Assembly: GCA_033762295.1 (NCBI GenBank)
Contig: JANRLW010000071.1
Location: 8,378 to 72,377 of the forward strand
Length of the DNA stretch: 64,000 nucleotides
Direction: 5' to 3'
DNA from: Capsulimonadales bacterium
Lineage (GTDB): Bacteria; Armatimonadota; Armatimonadia; Armatimonadales; Armatimonadaceae
The notes under the pieces were generated by a model. It saw only the letters and a list, made by a program, of their open reading frames with translations, had not been told where the DNA came from and did no database searches. Numbering within the stretch: position 1 is the first letter of the stretch; every line of letters begins with the position of its first letter. Position numbers and translations under genes: made by a program. Shown here piece after piece: positions 57,003 through 64,000 of this stretch.

Positions 57003-57806
57003 TCAGGAGTTCCGGCCGGACCAGCCCCGATAATAGGGTTCCAGTCGTTGCCGGACGCGTATACGGGCGCGATGCAGGCGCGTTTTCACGGCGGGAACCG
57101 ACAGATTCGTAATCCGTGCGATCTCTTCGTACGAGTGATCCTCCTGCTCCAGAAGAAGTACCATTCGATACTCCACCGGCAGGGCTTCCACCGCTTTCCG
57201 AACCTGCTCCGCAAACTCTTTGGAAAGAACCATCTGTTCGGGCGCGGCACGCCAATCGGCCACTTCCCTGGACAGTTCTCCCGAATCCGTTTCGATCGAG
57301 TCGTCCAGCGAAATCGGCTCCCGCTCTCGCTGTCGATCCTTCTGTTTGAAACGGTTTTTACAATTGTTGACGGCAATCTGATGGAGCCACGTCGATACCT
57401 TCGCATCTCCGCGGAATCGTCCCCAGGCGCGAAACGCATTATAAAACGTTTCCACCGTCAGGTCTTCCGCATCCTCATGATTGCCCACCAGGCGCAGGAT
57501 CAGGTTATAGATCTTCGCGTAATACTTTTTGGTTATCGCCTCAAAATCGAGCGAGCGATCCTCGTCCGCTTCGGCGATGGTTCTCCCCGCTCCGCGCTCC
57601 TCAGGGCGGTCGCTCACCCTGGCCCCTCCCCAGCCCAGGGTCCACGTCCGACGTGCGTTAGGCTCCGCTGACGTTTCCTCCGGAATCGTCTCGGCATTCT
57701 TTACCGCACGGCTCTCCGTGTCCCCTGAGTAGACAGAATCCACTGGTGAAAGTTTCTCTTTCTTCAGTCGTCCGATGGGATTGTACAGGGGGAATTCCGT
57801 TGCCAT
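57003..57806 (-). CDS. ECF RNA polymerase sigma factor
   Basis: DAEDL, FRGDAKVSTWL..IA.N, SYEEIA...VKTRLHRAR. Start uncertain (57806 has GGAGG; 57617 is an alternative). Confidence 0.9.
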   Translation of the reverse strand: MATEFPLYNPIGRLKKEKLSPVDSVYSGDTESRAVKNAETIPEETSAEPNARRTWTLGWGGARVSDRPEERGAGRTIAEADEDRSLDFEAITKKYYAKIYNLILRLVGNHEDAEDLTVETFYNAFRAWGRFRGDAKVSTWLHQIAVNNCKNRFKQKDRQREREPISLDDSIETDSGELSREVADWRAAPEQMVLSKEFAEQVRKAVEALPVEYRMVLLLEQEDHSYEEIARITNLSVPAVKTRLHRARIRVRQRLEPYYRGWSGRNS

Positions 57807-58080
57807 CTCCGGGCTACCTCCCGCACCGATCCGGACCATCGCCTCGCCAACAATCAACTTTACCCGATATCTTATACAAACATGGGCGGCAGGTAACGGA
57901 CGCCTTCGGTTCCCGAGAAACGATCCCGACAACCCCGGTATCATGTATTGTTAATTGAAGCCAGCGGTTCCCGTTCATGAACTTTTTGACCCCGGAACCG
58001 GGGTCCGGGTTCAAGATTTCGTCCGCCGGAGACGGTTTTTCTTTTTGCCGACGATGGTGGTAGAATTTCCACGGTTCCCC

Positions 58081-59328
58081 ATGCCGCTTTCCACCCGTTT
58101 TCCGGCTCTCGCCAGCCCCGATTTCCGACGCCTCTGGCCCGCCAATATCTTCTCCGCCATCGGGGGGCAGATGCAGATGGTCGCGCTGAACTGGCAGATC
58201 TACGAATTGACGCATGATGCGCTCGCGCTGGGAGCGATCGGTCTGGTCCGGGTCATCCCGATTCTTCTTTTCTCTCTGCTCGGCGGTTCCGCCGCCGATC
58301 ACTACGATCGCCGTAAACTCCTCCTGATGACCCAGGGCTCGCTGACCGTCATCGCCCTCGTCCTCGGCGCTCTCTCGCTCAGCGGTGGCATCACGCCGAC
58401 TGCGATCTATGCCCTGGCCGCGCTGTCGGCCGCGGTCACGGCATTCAATAACCCTGCCTATCAGGCGTTGATCCCCTCCCTGGTCGGCCGTGAAAACCTG
58501 CAAAACGCGGTCACGCTGGGCACGACGGGTTTTCAGGTCGCGACCGTGATCGGTCCGGCGCTGGCCGGAATCGTCATCGGTCGATACGGAATCGCCTGGG
58601 CGTACCTGATCAATGCCGTCACCTTTCTCGCGCCGCTGACCGTGCTCGCGACCCTTCGCTACCGACCGGCGCGTACCGAAGAGACGTCCCCGCCCCTGAA
58701 CTTCCTCGAATCCCTTCGCGAAGGGATTGTTTTTATGCGGTCGACGCCGATTCTGCTGTCCACGATGCTGCTGGACTTTATCGCCACCTTCTTCTCCTCG
58801 GCATCCGCCCTGCTGCCCATCTTCGCCCGGGATATTCTCCATGTTGGCGCGGAGGGTTTCGGCCTGCTCTCGGCCGCGCCCGCCGTCGGTTCCTCCATTA
58901 CCGCCGTGACGCTGGCCCTGCTTCCGCCGATACGGGAGACGGGCAAAACGTTGATCCTCGCCGTCCTGCTCTTCGGTTTCGCCACGATCGGTTTCGGGCT
59001 TTCGACCACCTTCCCGGCCGCTCTGTTCTTTCTCGCCCTGACCGGAGCGACGGACACGGTGAGCACGGTCATCCGTCAAACCGTCCGACAGCTGGTCACG
59101 CCGGATCGCATGCGAGGACGTATGATCGCCATCGGCATGATCTTTTTTATGGGCGGCCCGCAACTCGGCGAACTGGAGGCCGGCGTGGTGGCGCGCTGGT
59201 TCGGCGCAGTCGCCTCGGTCGTGTCGGGCGGTATCCTGAGCGTGCTGGGTACTCTGACCGTCGCCGCCAACGCGACCGAACTACGCCGTTTCCGACTGGC
59301 GGAACATCCTCGTCCGGAGGAACGTTAG
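58081..59328 (+). CDS. MFS transporter (EntS/MFS_3-like)
   Basis: About 12 TM segments, GSAADHYDRRK motif A, TPDRMRGR. Confidence 0.9.
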   Translation: MPLSTRFPALASPDFRRLWPANIFSAIGGQMQMVALNWQIYELTHDALALGAIGLVRVIPILLFSLLGGSAADHYDRRKLLLMTQGSLTVIALVLGALSLSGGITPTAIYALAALSAAVTAFNNPAYQALIPSLVGRENLQNAVTLGTTGFQVATVIGPALAGIVIGRYGIAWAYLINAVTFLAPLTVLATLRYRPARTEETSPPLNFLESLREGIVFMRSTPILLSTMLLDFIATFFSSASALLPIFARDILHVGAEGFGLLSAAPAVGSSITAVTLALLPPIRETGKTLILAVLLFGFATIGFGLSTTFPAALFFLALTGATDTVSTVIRQTVRQLVTPDRMRGRMIAIGMIFFMGGPQLGELEAGVVARWFGAVASVVSGGILSVLGTLTVAANATELRRFRLAEHPRPEER

Positions 59329-60209
59329 TCGCTGCCCGTGACGCCCGGAACCGGGCGTACGACCAGGACGGAGCAGGGAGCATGGTGCAGGATGTGCTCC
59401 GAGACGCTCCCCAGCAGCGCGTCCTCCGCGCCGGTCGTTCCCTTCGAACCCACGATCACCAGATCCGTCCGATCGGCGCGCGCCGCCTCGATCAGCGCCT
59501 CGCCCGCATCGCGATCTTCGACGATATCGGAACCGATCGGCACGCTCACCCCCATCCGTCGCAGTTCGGCGATCATCGGCGGCGCGGCGGCGGCGATTCG
59601 TTCCCGGTCGCGATCCGATAGCCGGTCGGGGTCGGTCCCCGACACTTTCAGAAGGATGCCCGCTCCGCCGGTGAACACCGGATGCGGCAGTACGACGCTG
59701 AAAAGGCGCACCGCACACTGTTCGGAAAGCGGCAATCGCGGCAGCCAGGCCGCAGCGATCCGGGCATGCTCCGAGCCATCGAACCCGATCAGGATACGGT
59801 CGAAGGCGTCGCCCACGACCGGTCCCGCCAGCATGACCGGCAAAGGCGCTTTGCGGACCACCACGTCCGCCACACTGCCGACCAGGAGTCGTCGCCACGC
59901 CGATTGACCGCCGATCCCCAGAACGATCAGATCGGCCGCCACACGCCGCGCTTCAAAAATGATCGTTTCCGCGATTTTCGCGTTCCCGTCGGCATGGGCG
60001 ATCGTCTCATGGATCGCACCGGAAAAAGCCGTCAGGACGGAGCGAACATCAGCCAGAATCCGCTCCCCCTCCCCGTTGCTCCGCTCACCGGTCGGACGTA
60101 CGGTCAGCAGGTGGATCGATACGCTGTCCGGGTGCGGCAGGCGGGCCAGAAAACGGGCCGCGCCCGAAGCGCTCGCCGAACCGTCGGTAGCATATAGGAT
60201 TTTCAACAT
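59325..60209 (-). CDS. tandem-domain universal stress protein
   Basis: ATDGS, DLIVLG, GSVA, second domain GFDGS...GSVSE...APCSVLVVR. Confidence 0.92.
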   Translation of the reverse strand: MLKILYATDGSASASGAARFLARLPHPDSVSIHLLTVRPTGERSNGEGERILADVRSVLTAFSGAIHETIAHADGNAKIAETIIFEARRVAADLIVLGIGGQSAWRRLLVGSVADVVVRKAPLPVMLAGPVVGDAFDRILIGFDGSEHARIAAAWLPRLPLSEQCAVRLFSVVLPHPVFTGGAGILLKVSGTDPDRLSDRDRERIAAAAPPMIAELRRMGVSVPIGSDIVEDRDAGEALIEAARADRTDLVIVGSKGTTGAEDALLGSVSEHILHHAPCSVLVVRPVPGVTGSD

Positions 60210-60237
60210 CACGGTTACCTCCTCATCGGGTCTTCCG

Positions 60238-61065
60238 TCACACCGCCGCAAGCTCGCTGAGGGTCGGAATTCGTTTGACAACCAGAACCGACATGGGCGC
60301 GTGCCGCAGCAACCGTTCGGCAACACTGCCCAGTCGGAAGGCATCGACCCCCGTCAAGCCCTGCGATCCGACGACGATCAGCCCGGCCCCCTGCTCCTCC
60401 GCCACTCGCAGAATCTCCATCGCCGGGTTCCCGAGCGGCGTTTCGCAAACTCCCACCGTCAATCCGCCCGCCCGGGCCGTCTCCGCCATCTCCGCGAGAC
60501 AGGTCTTTGCCGCATCGGTCTCGCGCGACAGTTCCTCCGGGGGACGTCCTCCCGACGGTATGGCCCGGACCAGGTGCAGAACGGCGGAAGGATGCCAAAG
60601 TTCGGAGATCAGGAAGCGCAACGCGTTCCCCGCCTCCTCGGAACCGTCCGCTCCGAGCACGACGGATCGCAGGGGACCGACCGGAGGACGGGTCAGCAGA
60701 ATCGATTGTTCCGCGTATCGAGAAACGGCTTCGGCAATGCTTCCCAGAAAGAAACGAGCCAGCGCCGACTTCCCGCTCGCTCCGAGGGCGATCAGATCCG
60801 CGTCGGTGTAATCCGCCGTGTCGAGGATGGTTCCGACAATGCCGCTGGCGGAATCGCCCCGTCCGACCGCCGTGGTGATATGTCCGGCAAACTCTCCCAG
60901 CGCGGCTTTCGCCGCCGTCAATGCCGCACTCGCCTCCGACGGACGCTCGCTGTCCGCGACCGTCAGTATATGCACGTAAACCTCCCGGCGGTGCGGAAAT
61001 CCGGACAGGAACCGCGCCGCCGTCAGTGCGCGTTCGGAACCGTCCGTCGCCAGTAGAACTCTCAT
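60238..61065 (-). CDS. tandem-domain universal stress protein
   Basis: ATDGS, FLGSIA, ADGS, LGSVAERLLRHAPMSVLVVK. Confidence 0.92.
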   Translation of the reverse strand: MRVLLATDGSERALTAARFLSGFPHRREVYVHILTVADSERPSEASAALTAAKAALGEFAGHITTAVGRGDSASGIVGTILDTADYTDADLIALGASGKSALARFFLGSIAEAVSRYAEQSILLTRPPVGPLRSVVLGADGSEEAGNALRFLISELWHPSAVLHLVRAIPSGGRPPEELSRETDAAKTCLAEMAETARAGGLTVGVCETPLGNPAMEILRVAEEQGAGLIVVGSQGLTGVDAFRLGSVAERLLRHAPMSVLVVKRIPTLSELAAV

Positions 61066-61142
61066 GTCCCTTACTTCCCTTCGTCCCCTGTTTCTTCATA
61101 CGGGACCGCAAACGTAAAGCGTCCGCATCTCGCCGATTTTTG

Positions 61143-63935
61143 CTATTTTTTGCCGTCGTCGCCCCGATTCCGGCGGAAGATCGCGATATAGGCCTCGTGT
61201 CCGATCAGAAGGAGGGAACTGACGCCGAAAGCGAACATCCACTCCACGGCGGTCAACGGGACCGTGCCGAAGGCGACATTCAGGAAGGGCAGATGAAGAA
61301 CGGCCAACTGCAGCAGGACGGCGAGAAGAATCGCTCCGAGCAGGTACGGACTGTGGCGAATCTGATGGAACGCGCTGCGGTCCTCGGCGCCCCGATGCGT
61401 CAGGGCATTGAACACCTGGAACAGAACCAGAGTGGTAAACGCCAGGGATCGGGCATGCGTTTCGGCCGCGCGCAGGTCGTCGAAGCGGACCAGGAAGTTG
61501 AAGAACCCGCCCGGATAGGCGGCATCCAGTGCGAGGAGGGTGCCGGCGGTCATGATCAGTCCGATGATTCCCACCCGTTTCCAGCCATCGGTCGTCAGAA
61601 TCCCGTGGCGAACATCGCGCGGGGGACGGGTCATCGCGTCCGGGGCGGTCGGTTCCACTCCCAGCGCCAGGGCGGGCGGACCGTCGGTGACCAGGTTGAT
61701 CCACAGCAATTGGGAAGCCAGAAGCGGCACCATCAGATCGGCGTTGTTATCGACCGCGACCCACTCGGCCAGCAGTATCCCGAAGAACATGGTAATCACT
61801 TCGGCGGCGTTGCTCTCAAGCAGGTAGAAGAGACAGCGACGAATGTTATCGAAGATGCCGCGCCCTTCCTCTACCGCGACCACGATCGTCGCAAAATTGT
61901 CGTCCGCCAGTACCATGTCGGCCGCCTCGCGCGCCACATCGGTTCCGGTGATACCCATGGCGATCCCGATATCGGCGGCGCGCAGGGCGGGGGCGTCATT
62001 GACGCCGTCACCGGTCATCGCGACGATGTGTCCGTGACGTTGCCAGGCCTGGACGATCCGCAGTTTATGAGCCGGAGCGACCCGGGCGTAAACCTGCACC
62101 TGCTCGACGCGTGCGGCCAGATCCTCGTCGCTCATCGCTTCGAGTTCCGATCCGCTGACCGCCTCGCCACCCTCCGTCAGAATTCCGAGTTCGCGGGCGA
62201 TCGCCATTGCGGTTTCGCGGTGATCGCCGGTGGCCATGACGACCCGGATACCGGCTTTCTTCGCCCTTCGAACGGCGTCCGCGGCCTCGGGGCGCGGCGG
62301 ATCGAGCATTCCCACCATGCCGAGAAAGACCAGTTCCTCCTCGATCTCCTCATCGGTCGGCGCATCGGCCCCGTCCCGCGGCAGAACTCGCTCCGCCATC
62401 GCCAGCGTCCGCAGCGTCTGTCCGCTCAGTTTTGAATTGGCCTCCCGCACCTCACGGAAATGGGTTTCGGTCATCCGCTGACGTTCCCCGTTGACGAGGA
62501 TATACGCGCACCGATCGAGCAGTACGTCGGGCGCTCCTTTGACGAACACGCGCCATTCGTCCGGATGATCGGTGTCATGGTGGACGGTGGTGTGGCGTTT
62601 CCGATCGGAGGTGAACGGAATCTCGGCGCGTCGAGCGAACCGTTCGGCATCGTTATCGGCCCCGATTTTGCGCGCGGCCACCAGCAGCGCGGCTTCGGTG
62701 GGATCGCCCTGGGCATCCTGTCCGCCACGGTCGTTCTCGACCAGCGTGGCATCGTTCGCCATCGCGCCGGCCCGTAATGCCTTGCGGACCGCCTGTCGGG
62801 CGGGTTCGGAGAGACCGGCCAGCGGGTCGTCCTCTTCCAATGACACTTCGGCATCGGCGGTGAAAAGGACGCGCACGCTCATTTTGTTTTGCGTCAGCGT
62901 TCCGGTCTTGTCGGTACAGATCACGGTCGCCGCCCCCAGCGTCTCGACGGCGGGGAGACGACGAACGATCGCGTTGCGGGCGGCCATCCGGCGCGTGCCC
63001 AGCGCCAGGCCGGTCGTCACGATCGTGGGGAGGGCTTCGGGGATGGCGGCGACGGCGATCGCGACCGCGAACAGGGAGAACTCCAGTAAACCGCGCAGAC
63101 CGTGGACCCGACCGGTCAGCAGGCCGGCCACGAAAACGACCACGCAGATGATGAGTACGACCATGCTGAGTCGTTTTCCGACCCGGTCCAGCTCCTTTTC
63201 AAGCGGTGTCTGCTCCTTCTCGGTCTCCGCCACCATCCGCGCGATCTTCCCGACCTCGGTCTTTCGTCCGGTCGCCACGACCAGAGCATGGCCCCGGCCC
63301 AGGGTGACGGCGGTCGCACTGAACAGGGTGTTCCTCCGGTCGCCCAGACTGTCGGCGTCCGCGATCGGGTCGATCGACTTCTCCACCGGCAGACTCTCTC
63401 CGGTCAGAGCCGCCTCCTCGACCCGCAGGTTGGCCGCCTCGGTCAACCGGGCGTCCGCGGGAACGGTATCCCCGGCCTCGACCAGGATCAGATCGCCCCG
63501 AACCAGTTCGCGGGCCGGGATCTTCTGACGACGACCGTCGCGGATCACCGACGCCTGGGGAGCCGACAGCGCCTTCAACGAGCGAACGGCATCATCGGCC
63601 CGCGCCTCCTGTACCAGATCCAGAATGACATTCAACAGAACGATCAGCAGGATAACGATCGCTTCGTAGGGAAGCGCCGATTCGCGCGGGGTTTCGATGA
63701 CCCACTCGACGCCGGAAATGACGGTCGCGGCCAGCAGGATCAGGGTGAGAACGTTGGACAGTTCGCGAACGATTCGTCGCCAGAGCGGCGTGGGCGGCGC
63801 CTCCTCCAGTTCGTTGGCCCCCTCGGACTCCAGACGTCTTGTCGCCTCGGCTACGCTCAACCCTTTCTCGACGTCCGTTTCCAGATGGGCGACGACCGCA
63901 GAGACACTTTCGCGCTCGGACCGGAATTCAGCCAC
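61143..63935 (-). CDS. cation-translocating P-type ATPase (type IIA, Ca2+-ATPase-like)
   Basis: TGES, AIPEAL, DKTGTLT, KGAP, TGDGVNDAPAL, WINLVTDGPPALALG. Confidence 0.95.
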   Translation of the reverse strand: MAEFRSERESVSAVVAHLETDVEKGLSVAEATRRLESEGANELEEAPPTPLWRRIVRELSNVLTLILLAATVISGVEWVIETPRESALPYEAIVILLIVLLNVILDLVQEARADDAVRSLKALSAPQASVIRDGRRQKIPARELVRGDLILVEAGDTVPADARLTEAANLRVEEAALTGESLPVEKSIDPIADADSLGDRRNTLFSATAVTLGRGHALVVATGRKTEVGKIARMVAETEKEQTPLEKELDRVGKRLSMVVLIICVVVFVAGLLTGRVHGLRGLLEFSLFAVAIAVAAIPEALPTIVTTGLALGTRRMAARNAIVRRLPAVETLGAATVICTDKTGTLTQNKMSVRVLFTADAEVSLEEDDPLAGLSEPARQAVRKALRAGAMANDATLVENDRGGQDAQGDPTEAALLVAARKIGADNDAERFARRAEIPFTSDRKRHTTVHHDTDHPDEWRVFVKGAPDVLLDRCAYILVNGERQRMTETHFREVREANSKLSGQTLRTLAMAERVLPRDGADAPTDEEIEEELVFLGMVGMLDPPRPEAADAVRRAKKAGIRVVMATGDHRETAMAIARELGILTEGGEAVSGSELEAMSDEDLAARVEQVQVYARVAPAHKLRIVQAWQRHGHIVAMTGDGVNDAPALRAADIGIAMGITGTDVAREAADMVLADDNFATIVVAVEEGRGIFDNIRRCLFYLLESNAAEVITMFFGILLAEWVAVDNNADLMVPLLASQLLWINLVTDGPPALALGVEPTAPDAMTRPPRDVRHGILTTDGWKRVGIIGLIMTAGTLLALDAAYPGGFFNFLVRFDDLRAAETHARSLAFTTLVLFQVFNALTHRGAEDRSAFHQIRHSPYLLGAILLAVLLQLAVLHLPFLNVAFGTVPLTAVEWMFAFGVSSLLLIGHEAYIAIFRRNRGDDGKK

Positions 63936-64000
63936 GCTTCCTGTTCCCTTCCTTATTGCGACAATGTTGCAATATTCATCACGTTCCTTCCAATGATACC

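Overview
GC-rich bacterial chromosome segment made mostly of core cell-envelope and cell-division genes. The likely source is a diderm Terrabacterium such as Armatimonadota. This is inferred from a DUF1559/H-X9-DG pilin-like gene, a Firmicutes-type ftsQ-DUF881-sbp-ftsA-ftsZ order, and a lipid A/BamA cluster. In order, the window holds: a truncated AAA-like NTPase-TM-TonB_C gene; metabolic genes; a stand-alone rplJ-rplL unit with sigma70 promoter and L10 leader; alr and a Fem-family gene; three tandem Cys3His type IV pilin-like genes; xerD; the dcw cluster mraZ to ftsZ (no murG or murB); a ROK kinase; a DUF1559 + lipoprotein pair; an ECF sigma-bamA-skp-skp-like-lpxD-lpxC/fabZ-lpxA-lpxB-msbA-DUF374 cluster; an MFS transporter; two USPs; and a P-type ATPase. 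No rRNA, tRNA, CRISPR array or mobile element was recognised. Most notable: (1) rplJ and rplL form one stop-less ORF with an internal SD/ATG, and L10 has a duplicated extra L12-binding segment; (2) the 567-bp mraZ/ROK intergenic region carries MraZ boxes, tandem NrdR-box-like motifs, a structured inverted repeat and a 10-bp-periodic GGGGAG array; (3) putative Zn-binding pilins; (4) a very long lipid-anchored Skp-like protein; (5) an NTPase-TonB fusion. All calls come from reading motifs by eye; no searches were run.
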